NCBI GenBank assembly: GCA_965277715.1
Contig: OZ255836.1
Location: forward strand, 3,456,001 to 3,520,000
Source of the DNA: Gammaproteobacteria bacterium
Lineage (GTDB): Bacteria; Pseudomonadota; Gammaproteobacteria; JBCCGL01
Length of the DNA stretch: 64,000 nucleotides
Reading direction: 5' to 3'
Positions 20,332-30,255 of this stretch are shown here, piece by piece. Made by a program: the position numbers and the translations under genes. The notes under the pieces were generated by a model that saw only the letters and a list, made by a program, of their open reading frames with translations, had not been told where the DNA came from and made no database searches. How positions within the stretch are numbered: position 1 is the first letter of the stretch; each line of letters begins with the position of its first letter.

Positions 20332-20420
20332 GAACCGCGCTCAACTATCTGGGTGGCACTGCTTCTCACACGCCCCCCGCTTGGTATACTCCCTTTTTTT
20401 CAGCGATGCCAGGAACCACC

Positions 20421-20807
20421 ATGTCCAGACAAATTATCTCCACCGACCAGGCACCCGATGCCATTGGCACCTACTCGCAAGCCGTGAAAAGCGGTAACAC
20501 GGTATATATCTCCGGCCAGATTCCACTCGACCCCCAGACCATGCAAGTGGTCGATGGCGATATTGAAGCGATGATCCGCCGTGTGTTTGATAGCCTCAAA
20601 GCCATCTGTGAAGCCTCGGGTGGCAGCCTGGTGCACATTGTCAAACTGACCATCTACCTCACCGACCTGGGGAATTTTCCCAAGGTGAACGAAGTGATGG
20701 CCGAATATTTTCAGCCACCCTACCCCGCCCGTGCAGCGGTGGGGGTGGCGGCATTACCTAAAGGTGTGGCGGTGGAGATGGACGCGATAATGACCCTGGG
20801 TGATTAA
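20421..20807 (+). CDS. ridA: RidA family enamine deaminase
   Basis: [23 protein letters not shown]. Confidence 0.93.
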   Translation: MSRQIISTDQAPDAIGTYSQAVKSGNTVYISGQIPLDPQTMQVVDGDIEAMIRRVFDSLKAICEASGGSLVHIVKLTIYLTDLGNFPKVNEVMAEYFQPPYPARAAVGVAALPKGVAVEMDAIMTLGD

Positions 20808-20853
20808 GACCTGGGTGATTAAAACCAGAATGACGAAAACCTAGGTGACCGAA
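20794..20853 (+). repeat. Degenerate 15-bp tandem repeat, about 4 units
   Basis: CCTGGGTGATTAAGA CCTGGGTGATTAAAA CCAGAATGACGAAAA CCTAGGTGACCGAAT, derived from the ridA 3' end. Confidence 0.7.
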
Positions 20854-20870
20854 TCTGAGTGTAACCAAGC

Positions 20871-22976
20871 ATGCAAACCGACGATAAGGAAAGTGGTTCA
20901 CAGCCAGTAGAGTCGCTCATTGGGGTCGGGGCAAAGCTGGCTGAGAAGCTGGCGCGTATCCACGTTACAACCGTACAGGACTTACTGTTCCACCTGCCAC
21001 TGCGCTACCAGGATCGCACTACGGTTACCCCCATTGGCGCGTTGCGGGTTGGTGGCTTTGCCCTGGTGGAGGGTGAAATCGAGTTAACCGAGGTCGTGTT
21101 CCGTGGTCGCCGCTCGCTACTGTGCCGCATCGGTGATGGCAGTGGTGGCCTGTTGTTGCGCTTTTTTCATTTCAGTAGCGCCCAGCAACAGGCGTTGCGC
21201 CGGGGGGCGCGTCTGCGTTGCCATGGTGAGGTGCGACGTGGGCCAAATTCACTGGAAATGGTACACCCGGAATACACCCTAATCGGGGAATCGCCGCCGC
21301 CGCTGGACAATTGCCTGACCCCGATCTACCCCACTGTCACCGGGATTCACCAGGCCACCTGGCGCAAACTCACCGGGCAGGCACTCGATGGGTTAGATCA
21401 ACTGGCCACGCTCACCGACCTGCTGCCGCCGTCGTTAATGGCGTCCACCGGGCTTGGCGATCTACACACAGCGATACGCTTTGTGCACCGCCCGCCTGCG
21501 GGCACGGCTTTGCTGGCATTACAGGATGGGCGGCACCCGGCGGTGGGGCGGTTGGCATTTGAGGAACTGCTGGCCTACCGCCTGGCACTGCTGGGTATTC
21601 GCGATGATGTACAGCGGGTGGCTGCGCCGCAATTAACACCAGACAAAGCACAGTTTAAAACCCTGTGCGCACAATTTGGGTTTACCCTGACGGGTGCGCA
21701 ACAGCGCGTCATCCGTGAAGTTGCTAAAGACCTCAACAGTCGCGTGCCTATGCTGCGCCTGGTGCAGGGTGATGTCGGGGCCGGTAAAACGGTGGTGGCG
21801 GCGGCGGCGGCGGCTACCGCTGTCGCCAATGGTTACCAGGTGGCCTTTATGGCGCCCACAGAAATCCTCGCGGAGCAGCACCGCATCAACTTCAACCGCT
21901 GGTTTGAGCCGATGGGTATCCGCGTCGGCTGGCTTACCGGCAAGCTAAGTGGCCGTAAGCGCCGCGAGGCACTGCAGGGGCTGGCCGATGGCAGCACGCA
22001 GATCGTGCTCGGCACCCACGCCCTGGTACAGGATGCCATTGTGTTCCAGGCATTGGGCCTGAGCATTATCGACGAACAACACCGTTTTGGTGTGGATCAA
22101 CGTATGTCGCTGCGTGACAAAGGGCGTGTGGCACTGGGTCAACACAGCGAGTCGAGACCCCACCAGCTCACCCTATCGGCGACCCCGATACCGCGCACCC
22201 TGGCGATGACCGCCTACGCCGACCTCGATTGCTCCGTGCTGGATGAGCTGCCCCCTGGGCGGGTGCCCGTGACGACAGTGGCGATGCCCAATACACGTCG
22301 GGATGAAATCATTGGCCGCGTGGGTGGTGTGATTGCCCAAAACCGGCAGGTGTACTGGGTGTGTACCCTGATCGATGAATCTGAAACACTTCAGTGCCAA
22401 ACGGCGGAAGACACCGCTGAATACTTATCCAGTGCCCTGCCCGGCTGCCGGGTGGCGCTGTTGCATGGGCGCATGAAAGCGGATCAAAAAGAGGGGATTA
22501 TGCGCACCTTTAAGGCGGGTGAAATCGATCTATTGGTCGCTACCACGGTGATTGAAGTGGGAGTGGATGTCGCCAATGCCAGCTTGATGATCATCGAAAA
22601 CGCCGAGCGGTTGGGGTTGTCCCAACTTCACCAACTGCGCGGGCGCATTGGTCGGGGGAATGCAGGCGGTGCCTGCGTGTTGCTGTACCAAAAACCGCTG
22701 TCAAATAATGCCCGCGAGCGCATCGCCACCCTGCGCGAAACCACCGATGGATTTGTCATTGCCGAGCGCGATTTGGCATTGCGCGGTGCAGGGGAGGTGC
22801 TGGGCACCCAGCAGGCGGGCGAGGCACAGTTTCGCATTGCCGACCTGGCCCGCGATGACGATATGCTCGACCAGGTTAAAGTCGCTGCCGATTACCTTCA
22901 GCGCGAGACACCAGAAGTCATTGCCCGTTTGATTAAGCGCTGGCGTGGGGAATTGCCTGAATACCGGAATATTTAG
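20871..22976 (+). CDS. recG: ATP-dependent DNA helicase RecG
   Basis: QGDVGAGKT, DEQHRFGV, SATPIPRT, QLRGRIGRG. Confidence 0.97.
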   Translation: MQTDDKESGSQPVESLIGVGAKLAEKLARIHVTTVQDLLFHLPLRYQDRTTVTPIGALRVGGFALVEGEIELTEVVFRGRRSLLCRIGDGSGGLLLRFFHFSSAQQQALRRGARLRCHGEVRRGPNSLEMVHPEYTLIGESPPPLDNCLTPIYPTVTGIHQATWRKLTGQALDGLDQLATLTDLLPPSLMASTGLGDLHTAIRFVHRPPAGTALLALQDGRHPAVGRLAFEELLAYRLALLGIRDDVQRVAAPQLTPDKAQFKTLCAQFGFTLTGAQQRVIREVAKDLNSRVPMLRLVQGDVGAGKTVVAAAAAATAVANGYQVAFMAPTEILAEQHRINFNRWFEPMGIRVGWLTGKLSGRKRREALQGLADGSTQIVLGTHALVQDAIVFQALGLSIIDEQHRFGVDQRMSLRDKGRVALGQHSESRPHQLTLSATPIPRTLAMTAYADLDCSVLDELPPGRVPVTTVAMPNTRRDEIIGRVGGVIAQNRQVYWVCTLIDESETLQCQTAEDTAEYLSSALPGCRVALLHGRMKADQKEGIMRTFKAGEIDLLVATTVIEVGVDVANASLMIIENAERLGLSQLHQLRGRIGRGNAGGACVLLYQKPLSNNARERIATLRETTDGFVIAERDLALRGAGEVLGTQQAGEAQFRIADLARDDDMLDQVKVAADYLQRETPEVIARLIKRWRGELPEYRNI

Positions 22977-23124
22977 GCCAGTGTGTCAGCACCGTGATAA
23001 CGCGTGTGAATATTGACGCCACACAACTGCCTGGGCAAGCGCACAGGCGAGGCAGAGACTGACGGATTAGCCGGTGGGTAGTACGGCAACCATTGTGGTG
23101 GTGGCAAGTGCGAAATAAAACGGT

Positions 23125-23454
23125 CTAATTCATTATTGCCTCGTAATAACGACCGTCTTCGTTCTCACCGATTGGCACCATAAACAAGCCTGAGATTTTG
23201 CCGATAGCTTCGTTTTCCATATGAAACATCTGCTGTACAAATGCCATATCAGCGGGGCCGCGAAACACCATGGAAAAAGGCTCTTCACGTATATTTATAT
23301 TTGCCGTTTTGAACAAATGCCCACCCTTTGGCCTTGTCGGTAATGCGTTCACCTCCAGCAAGACAAAATCCACTGTTTTGTTTTCCTCAACCTGAATTTT
23401 AAAAGGTTGGTTAAGTTGCTGAATGAAAGCCTCTTTTTCTATTTTATCGAGCAT
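23125..23454 (-). CDS. DUF6916-like protein
   Basis: REEPFSMVFRGP...LFMVPIG...YYEAIMN pattern, typical of the small protein found beside tail-collar genes. Confidence 0.75.
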   Translation of the reverse strand: MLDKIEKEAFIQQLNQPFKIQVEENKTVDFVLLEVNALPTRPKGGHLFKTANINIREEPFSMVFRGPADMAFVQQMFHMENEAIGKISGLFMVPIGENEDGRYYEAIMN

Positions 23455-24104
23455 AATTGTTTCTCATGTTTATCCAGATTCCGGGTCGTACTGGTGTCCC
23501 GTCTACCTTATATTGACGGGCTTGGCGTCGCAATCCTGCCATAGAATCACTATACCGCGCCAGTGCGCCCTGCTTTGGTGTCACAGCGCAATACTGAATC
23601 CACCAACACAAAATAGATAGCGTCTTAGTGTAGTGTCTTATGCCTGGGTGTGAAATTACGTCACGCATCTTGTGTAATGCACATCTGTCTTTACACAAGG
23701 AATAAACGCTAATTTTTTGATGAATATATACTTTTCTTATGAGTAATTTAGTTCAGGACACTGCGCCAGAATATTTTTTCAAAATAAACCTTGATTTAAG
23801 CAAAATATGTACTAAAAGTATTCTCAATGGCTTGAACGAGCGCGCTTGTGAATCATTTTTCGCTGAGGAGTAATCGTTGTTCTATTGCGGTGGATTGCAG
23901 CGCAATCATCGTGGTGGACGTTTTAAATAATTACGGTGAAAGTATATTGAAAAAATTTAAAATTAATATGGAATTTTAAATTTAGATGGCCTATAAAATA
24001 TCAGTATAAGCTTCAAACTAAATTATAAATAAGGCAACAGGTGTTCTTTTAGGCACTATCGTCATTGCATAAACGTTTCTCATTCCTAACAAGTGGGGTG
24101 TATT

Positions 24105-24650
24105 TTGTCAGAACCATTTTTAGCCGAAATCATTATGACAGGCGCAGACTTTGCCCCGGCAGGCTGGGCATTTTGCGACGGACAAATTTTGCCTGTTGAT
24201 CAGAACCCGCGTTTATTTACTGTATTGAAGAGTACCTACGGTGGTGATGGTCGAACCACTTTCGCCTTGCCGGATTTACGGGGTAGAACACCGGTTCATG
24301 TGAATCAAACAAGTCAGGGTGCAATTTGGGCTCCTGCTGGGGTCAAAGGCGGTTATGAAAAGGTTCCAATCCATCCAGATGAGATGCCGATGCATAACCA
24401 CACTGTGGTTGCGACCGATAGTGCTTCGACCTCGGCTGACGGTACAGGTAACATTTTTTCTCAGGCAAGTGCGGCAATCGGTGGCAGCAACCCCATACCA
24501 CTTTACGGCTATCCAGGTGCACCGGTGGTGATGAATCCACAGGTAATGGGTAATGCAGGTAGTGGCGTGGCCCATGAAAATATGCAGCCTTTTCTTGTAG
24601 TGAATTTTATTATTTCACTGCAAGGCCCGATTCCTTTTCCTCCTTCTTAA
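24105..24650 (+). CDS. Tail-collar domain protein 1 (MdpB/microcystin-dependent-like)
   Basis: SEPFLAEI...FAPAGWAFCDGQ...TYGGDGRTTFALPDLRGR...HENMQPFLVVNFIISLQG; probable TTG start. Confidence 0.88.
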   Translation: MSEPFLAEIIMTGADFAPAGWAFCDGQILPVDQNPRLFTVLKSTYGGDGRTTFALPDLRGRTPVHVNQTSQGAIWAPAGVKGGYEKVPIHPDEMPMHNHTVVATDSASTSADGTGNIFSQASAAIGGSNPIPLYGYPGAPVVMNPQVMGNAGSGVAHENMQPFLVVNFIISLQGPIPFPPS

Positions 24651-24670
24651 ACTAATTGGGGATATTCCTT

Positions 24671-25198
24671 ATGTCAGAACCGTTTATCGGGGAAATTACC
24701 ATGTTTGCTGGAAACTTTGCGCCCAAAAATTGGGCCTTCTGTGACGGGCAGGTGCTGGAAATTTCACAAAACAGACCGTTATACGACTTATTTGGTTCTA
24801 ATTATGGCGGTGATGGGCGCACTACTTTCGGGTTGCCGGATATGCGTGGTCGGGTTCCTCTCGGTGCGGGTAGTGGCCCTGGGCTGTCTAACCGGACACT
24901 GGGACAAACAGGTGGTTTGGAATACGTTGTTCTTAGCGAGGAGAATTTACCTGTTCATACTCACTCGGTGAATGCCGAGGATAATCCTGGCATCGAAAAC
25001 ACACCAGAGGGGCAATTATTGGCGGAGTTAAGTATTAATGACAGGGCTGTTTCAGCCTATGCCAATACAGGTAGCCGGACAATGAATAACCAGGCTGTTA
25101 CTGCCAGTGGGGGTAATAAACCCTATAGCAGTTTGATGCCATATTCTTGCATCAACTTCATTGTAGCCTTAGCTGGTGCCTTTCCGCCAAGAAACTAA
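24671..25198 (+). CDS. Tail-collar domain protein 2
   Basis: MSEPFIGEI..FAGNFAPKNWAFCDGQ...YGGDGRTTFGLPDMRGR...FIVALAGAFPPRN. Confidence 0.9.
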   Translation: MSEPFIGEITMFAGNFAPKNWAFCDGQVLEISQNRPLYDLFGSNYGGDGRTTFGLPDMRGRVPLGAGSGPGLSNRTLGQTGGLEYVVLSEENLPVHTHSVNAEDNPGIENTPEGQLLAELSINDRAVSAYANTGSRTMNNQAVTASGGNKPYSSLMPYSCINFIVALAGAFPPRN

Positions 25199-25217
25199 CC
25201 CAACCGGGAGATTAGAT

Positions 25218-25718
25218 ATGTCAGAACCTTTTTTCGGTGAGATCAAATTGTTTGCAGGTAACTTTGCACCAGCTAACTGGGCTTTTTGCGATGGGCAATT
25301 GCTGTCAATATCACAAAATGCGACGCTGTTTCATGTTTTGGGAACGGTCTATGGCGGCGATGGCGTTTCGACTTTTGCGCTACCGGATATGCGTGGTCGG
25401 GCACCTATGCACCCCGGTACCGGTCCAGGACTTTCTCCAAGGTCTTTAGGAGAAAAAGGGGGGCAGCCGTACGTAACATTGACTATAGCGGAAATGCCAT
25501 CACATAATCACTCTCTGATAGCGGGTTCAACCAATGACAGCGAAGAGCCTCAAAACCGCTTCCCAGGCGCACGACCCATCTACGCAGATATGGCTAACAC
25601 GGTAAATATGAATGCGAGCATGGTATCTATGACCGGGGGAAACACCGGCCACATAAATGCGCACCCCTTTCTTGGCATTCCATTTATTATAGCGCTTCAG
25701 GGGATTTTTCCTTCGTAG
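25218..25718 (+). CDS. Tail-collar domain protein 3
   Basis: MSEPFFGEI..FAGNFAPANWAFCDGQ...YGGDGVSTFALPDMRGR...FIIALQGIFPS; GGAG RBS. Confidence 0.9.
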   Translation: MSEPFFGEIKLFAGNFAPANWAFCDGQLLSISQNATLFHVLGTVYGGDGVSTFALPDMRGRAPMHPGTGPGLSPRSLGEKGGQPYVTLTIAEMPSHNHSLIAGSTNDSEEPQNRFPGARPIYADMANTVNMNASMVSMTGGNTGHINAHPFLGIPFIIALQGIFPS

Positions 25719-25776
25719 CTGGAATGGTTCCACGGGCACACTAAGGTGCTGCTATTACCTTGAGGCACCTTATATA

Positions 25777-26835
25777 TTAATCAATTAAAAGTTGGGGGCG
25801 TGCCAGTAACGCGGAATAAAGTGGCCCAAGATCACCTTTTATTTGGGCTGTAAGTTTTGCTGGCGCACTTTGCTGTTTCTTCTGCCCATCGGGTAAAAAA
25901 ACTTTTTTGCCAAAGTCATGTTTTGAATATTGCTGAAACAGCGATTTAGCCGCAGCGGATTCAGCGGAGGTCAACTCAAGATTAAAAAATGTCAGAATTT
26001 CCGGCATTATATCTACCGTCAACTGGTCGTAATTTAAATAGCAGATGTCTTTTTTTTGACCAGCGGCAAGCGCCCTATTCATTAAATGGCCTATATACTC
26101 CTGTATGCGCTCAGAAACCGATAACCTGCTGACCGCATCAACGGATAATCCGGTATAGAAGGCGTGCATCTTACTATCATCGGATTTTATCCAATCGGTT
26201 TTTCCCCGTAAAAAAGATACCATTATTTCTACCGGGTCGCGATACAACAAAAGCGTGGGTATATTTGGAAAAGTGGTCAGTATGAAATCCAGAAAAACCA
26301 GGTTGAGCGAAGTAAATTTTATTATGTGGTTGCTGTAGTTGCCTGACCGGTTGCGTGCCATGCTCAAAATGAGCTGGCGATATCGGTGAATATTACGCTT
26401 TGTCGCGACTGGTGCCTGGCGCTTAGGGTAGCTCAGCAGATGGCAGATAGCATTGTGAGATGCAGCTTCACCAAATACCAGGGTTTTGCGTGAGCGGGAC
26501 AAGGCCTTGGCTAATAGGGTAGAACCACAACGCCCGATATGAAAAATAAATCCGCTGGGTTGAATCATACTACCCAAGTCCAAATGGTTGTCCAAAACGG
26601 CGATACTCGTTACAAAATATTCGACGGCAACCCCTTTGCTTTGTTGTAACCCGGTGTAAGTGCGAATGGAATTTTTGAAAAAACCTTCGTAAAAGTGATA
26701 GCGACCAAAGTCAAACCAGTACAATTGTTGCTGTTTGATGTTGATATCTACCGGGATCAATCCCGGCGATTGTTGTATTTTATGTTGGAGCTGCGCTGCA
26801 CTTAGGGGGATAACGATGGGATCGCTGGTAGGCAT
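25777..26835 (-). CDS. Sulfotransferase-fold protein
   Basis: FIFHIGRCGSTLL (5'-PSB-like loop) and LLYRDPVEIMVS (3'-PB-like) motifs. Confidence 0.7.
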   Translation of the reverse strand: MPTSDPIVIPLSAAQLQHKIQQSPGLIPVDINIKQQQLYWFDFGRYHFYEGFFKNSIRTYTGLQQSKGVAVEYFVTSIAVLDNHLDLGSMIQPSGFIFHIGRCGSTLLAKALSRSRKTLVFGEAASHNAICHLLSYPKRQAPVATKRNIHRYRQLILSMARNRSGNYSNHIIKFTSLNLVFLDFILTTFPNIPTLLLYRDPVEIMVSFLRGKTDWIKSDDSKMHAFYTGLSVDAVSRLSVSERIQEYIGHLMNRALAAGQKKDICYLNYDQLTVDIMPEILTFFNLELTSAESAAAKSLFQQYSKHDFGKKVFLPDGQKKQQSAPAKLTAQIKGDLGPLYSALLARPQLLID

Positions 26836-26841
26836 CGTGAT

Positions 26842-28023
26842 TTACTTGCTGAGGCGGTGTATCAGGCTTTTGTCCAGACGCAGAAAACCGGCTTTAACCC
26901 ACTCCTTGATCAAATCAATTTTTCCGCTTTCAGTAATCAGGCCGGTGATGTCTTTCACGGCAAAAGATTCATTACCCAATAATATCGTGAGGTTTTGCCG
27001 CAACCACAGTGGCAGGCTAAGTTGCTTTCCGTGGAATCGAATCAGCAGTTCTTTTGATGTTTCCTCCACCCGATATAGTAATGCCTTTCTTTTGACTATA
27101 CGGGTATCGGCATTAATTTCCGGTAACATCAATAGGTCTGCGAAGCGTTGCTCATTAACGGCTAATTGTTGATCGACGAAATTTTCATCCACTCTGTGTA
27201 AAAGAATTTCCGGGCCTGTTTTTTGTAGAAGTTGCGCAATGTGTTCGGAAAATGCGGTTATAAACTGAGCCTTTTCTTTGTCACTGGAATAACCATGGGG
27301 CAGGTCTTGTTGGAAAGCCGGATCGCCTGCGGCCAATGCCGCCAATTGTTCCAGTAGATGGTGCGCGCTCTTGGGCCTGAACCCCAGGGTTACGTGGATG
27401 GAGTAGTCATCCAGGGTAAACGCCTGATGTTTAAACCCTTTGGGTAAATACAGTAAATCCCCCGATTGCAATATAAGCTGTTTCGATGTACAGGTGGTTT
27501 CGGGGTTCGGTTGAAAGCGCCAGTTTTTGCTGCCATGAAGTTGCATCACAATAATGTCGTGGTCGTCGGTGTGTATCGGCAGCGCTTGTGCCTGAGGTGG
27601 GGTGATGTAAATATTTGCCTGCACCTGAAACCTGAGCTCCCGCTCTAGCGCACTGCAATAGGCGGTCAGCTTTGGTAGCGTCTTGTGTGCGGCATTGATA
27701 ACGATAGAGCCGCCACCTGCGAAGAGGCGAAACAAAGCATCGATATCAACGACGGTAATATGGCTGTAAGGGCTGAAACGCCCCTTGCGGGACCAGGTAT
27801 CCTGTGGGTATGGTGTGCCAGCGTTTCCCACTTTCAGCGCGCCGGCGGGTAGTTGCCGGTTTTGAAAATAAGCATCCAGATCGGCCAAACTGACAATACC
27901 GTCGTAAAACGCGTCAAGCCCGCGCTCTATATGCAGAGGGGTCTGTCGCCAAAATTCCTGGAAAAACCGGCCCGCTTCTACCGGGTGTAATATGTTGTTA
28001 AATTCGGCCTGCATTAGTGTCAC
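26842..28023 (-). CDS. JmjC/cupin 2-oxoglutarate oxygenase (ROX/YcfD/NO66-like)
   Basis: ANIYITP...HTDDHD..VMQLHGSKNW...GDLLYLPKGFKHQA: HxD...H iron triad. Confidence 0.88.
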   Translation of the reverse strand: MTLMQAEFNNILHPVEAGRFFQEFWRQTPLHIERGLDAFYDGIVSLADLDAYFQNRQLPAGALKVGNAGTPYPQDTWSRKGRFSPYSHITVVDIDALFRLFAGGGSIVINAAHKTLPKLTAYCSALERELRFQVQANIYITPPQAQALPIHTDDHDIIVMQLHGSKNWRFQPNPETTCTSKQLILQSGDLLYLPKGFKHQAFTLDDYSIHVTLGFRPKSAHHLLEQLAALAAGDPAFQQDLPHGYSSDKEKAQFITAFSEHIAQLLQKTGPEILLHRVDENFVDQQLAVNEQRFADLLMLPEINADTRIVKRKALLYRVEETSKELLIRFHGKQLSLPLWLRQNLTILLGNESFAVKDITGLITESGKIDLIKEWVKAGFLRLDKSLIHRLSK

Positions 28024-28029
28024 TATGGT

Positions 28030-28288
28030 TTACCGTCGACCACTAAAATTTGAGGCGAACACTTGACTGATATCAGGTGACTGCGCCAAACCGCCAGTCC
28101 GCTGCAAGGAGGTAATATCGGAGTCAGGCATATCCGTAAGCCAGGATAACCAAAGGTTGCCGGTATCTGGTGTCAATACAAAAGCAATATGCCGACTCAT
28201 ATTTTTGCTATCCAATCGAACGCGAAATGCCCTCGGTATTTGGCGGTAGAGACATTAAGTAGGCTCCGCCTTTTCAGTTCCCGCGTGG
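28030..28288 (-). pseudogene. Remnant of an HPr-kinase-like gene (paralogue of 7652-8626)
   Basis: Two frames give TRELKRRSLLNVSTAKY and FRVRLDSKNMSRHIAFVLTPDTGNLWLSWLTDMPDSDI, which align with TAELRSRRKINMHCAKH and LRVSINMERAKQRFSLTLEPVSGQVWLDWSDTVPLADI; kinase core missing. Confidence 0.7.
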
Positions 28289-30223
28289 TCACATGCTGAA
28301 TTCCGCAAACTGACGTAAAAAGTAAATTAAGTATATGCTCTGCGGAATTGTATGCAGGGCGGTAAAGTGCTTACGGTGGCCTGCTCTGTCACTGCTTATA
28401 TCATAAGACACCATCGGTATCAGCTTGTCGATATCCACGATCTCCCTGACTGGATCACGTTTCTGAATCGACGCGAGAAACTGCTGAGCCCATGGTCGCT
28501 GAGCGTTGTAGCGAAGGTGAAAATCCGGTGAAAACGGTTTTTTATCGTTGCGCCAGCGAATTTTTTCCGGTAATAAATCCCCTAGTGCGCCGCGTATAGG
28601 GTAGCGATCATAGCCTTTGTGCACCCTTAGACGATTGGGGATGGCCAGGCAAAATTCCAGAATACGTTTGTCCAGTAGCGGCGAGCATATCTCTATATTC
28701 TGGTAGCCGGGAAAACCCATGATTCTTGATTGGGTCGCGGTATGCAAAAGGTGGCGGTGGATATTGCGGGCGGAATAAGGTGATATTCGGCTGAGACGGC
28801 GGTTAATGCGATGGGCATCCGGTTTCAAACCGGCCAGTTGGTGTTTTACAAAAGTGGCTTGTAAATAGTGATTTTCCTCCACCATAGACAGTGTTGGGGA
28901 AACCCCTTGGCCGGGCAGGTTCAGAAAACTGGCCGGTAACAGCGGCTTGAGAATCAGGGTTTTGATCATACTGATACCACTGTCTCCGGTTAGTCTGTGG
29001 CGCGATTTTAATTCCTGTGTCAAGCGCTGCCAGCGCCCCTGTAACAATAGTTGGGAATAGAAACCAGTAGCGTGCGCGGTAGGTCCCAACTCCCCCCCTA
29101 TACCGTCCAGGATCAATCTAACCCCCATGCTTTGAGCCAGTTTTGCGCAGGCGCTATAGATAAAATGACGCGAACTGGCCGCCGGGCTTTCGTAACCCCA
29201 TATCAGTGCATCAAGGTGGTCAAAAGGCCCGCCGTCGATAGCGTTTAAATAAACCGTTCTAAGATTGGGAAGGTGATTAAACTGATCGATATAGTCTTTT
29301 TCATCCAGCAACGGATCTGCACCCGGTTGTGATATGGACGAGAAGGCCGTCAGTGACTGCCCCTGCTGTTGCAGGCAGGCCGCCGCGACGCCGGTCACCG
29401 CTGAAGAGTCAAGCCCGCCGCTAAACAGCGTGCCCACTGGATAGGCGCTGCGGCAGCGTGCGCCAATGACCTCAAAAATAAGGTCTCTCAGAGCGTGCAG
29501 AATATCGTCGTCCCGCTGATAGGGAAGTTTGTCGCAAGCAGCGGGTTGAGGTTGCCAATACCGCCATTTTCGCACTCCAGAGGTATTAACTACCATGGAT
29601 GTCGCTGCAGGTAGCCCGTAAATACCTTGAAAGTAGGTCATGTCCTCGTTTAATAGCGAAGACCTACCAGTCAATAGGCCCGCCAGCATTTGAGGGTTGA
29701 GGGTTTTTTTAACGCTAGAGGTGGCAGTCAGGCCTTTCACTTCGCTGGCAAAGAGGAATTGTTGGCCGACATGTGTATAAAACAGCGGTCGGCGACCCAG
29801 GTGATCGCGGCTTAAAAAAAGCTGCCGTTTCCCGGTGTCCCAGACGGCCAGTGCAAAATCACCGATCAGATATTCAGCGCAATTGACCCCCCACTTCACA
29901 TATGCACGCAAGATAAGTTCGCTGTCACTGCATCGCGGTTGCTCGGTAGGGGGAATCGATAATTGTGCAAACAACGTTTCGCGATTGGCTAACCGGGCGT
30001 CGGTGTTGATGGCGAGGCCCAGTTGTGGTTGATAATCTGGCAGGTTTTCGGTCGGTGACTCAGGGCTGATCCAGCGCATCTGATGACCCAGCGTGACCGC
30101 TTTCGCGCTCCAACGGCTGGCCCCATCCTGGCCATGGTGTGCAAGTGATCGCATCATCTGGTCAATTAAGCCAGGGCTGTGGGTGTCCCCTCTGAAATCA
30201 ACAACCCCGCATATCGCGCTCAC
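28289..30223 (-). CDS. Asparagine-synthetase-like lasso cyclase (C protein)
   Basis: RDHLGRRPLFY, SGGLDSS, DGIGGE, PLLDKRILEFCLAIP; N-terminus MSAICG lacks the Ntn Cys1; directly downstream of a lasso-like precursor. Confidence 0.82.
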   Translation of the reverse strand: MSAICGVVDFRGDTHSPGLIDQMMRSLAHHGQDGASRWSAKAVTLGHQMRWISPESPTENLPDYQPQLGLAINTDARLANRETLFAQLSIPPTEQPRCSDSELILRAYVKWGVNCAEYLIGDFALAVWDTGKRQLFLSRDHLGRRPLFYTHVGQQFLFASEVKGLTATSSVKKTLNPQMLAGLLTGRSSLLNEDMTYFQGIYGLPAATSMVVNTSGVRKWRYWQPQPAACDKLPYQRDDDILHALRDLIFEVIGARCRSAYPVGTLFSGGLDSSAVTGVAAACLQQQGQSLTAFSSISQPGADPLLDEKDYIDQFNHLPNLRTVYLNAIDGGPFDHLDALIWGYESPAASSRHFIYSACAKLAQSMGVRLILDGIGGELGPTAHATGFYSQLLLQGRWQRLTQELKSRHRLTGDSGISMIKTLILKPLLPASFLNLPGQGVSPTLSMVEENHYLQATFVKHQLAGLKPDAHRINRRLSRISPYSARNIHRHLLHTATQSRIMGFPGYQNIEICSPLLDKRILEFCLAIPNRLRVHKGYDRYPIRGALGDLLPEKIRWRNDKKPFSPDFHLRYNAQRPWAQQFLASIQKRDPVREIVDIDKLIPMVSYDISSDRAGHRKHFTALHTIPQSIYLIYFLRQFAEFSM

Positions 30224-30255
30224 TTCGCTATTTGGCCGATAGCACTCAGACCTTG

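Noticed and set aside
24105-25718. Prophage or tailocin interpretation of the tail-collar genes
   Set aside because: No integrase, capsid, terminase, sheath, tube, baseplate or lysis genes in the window
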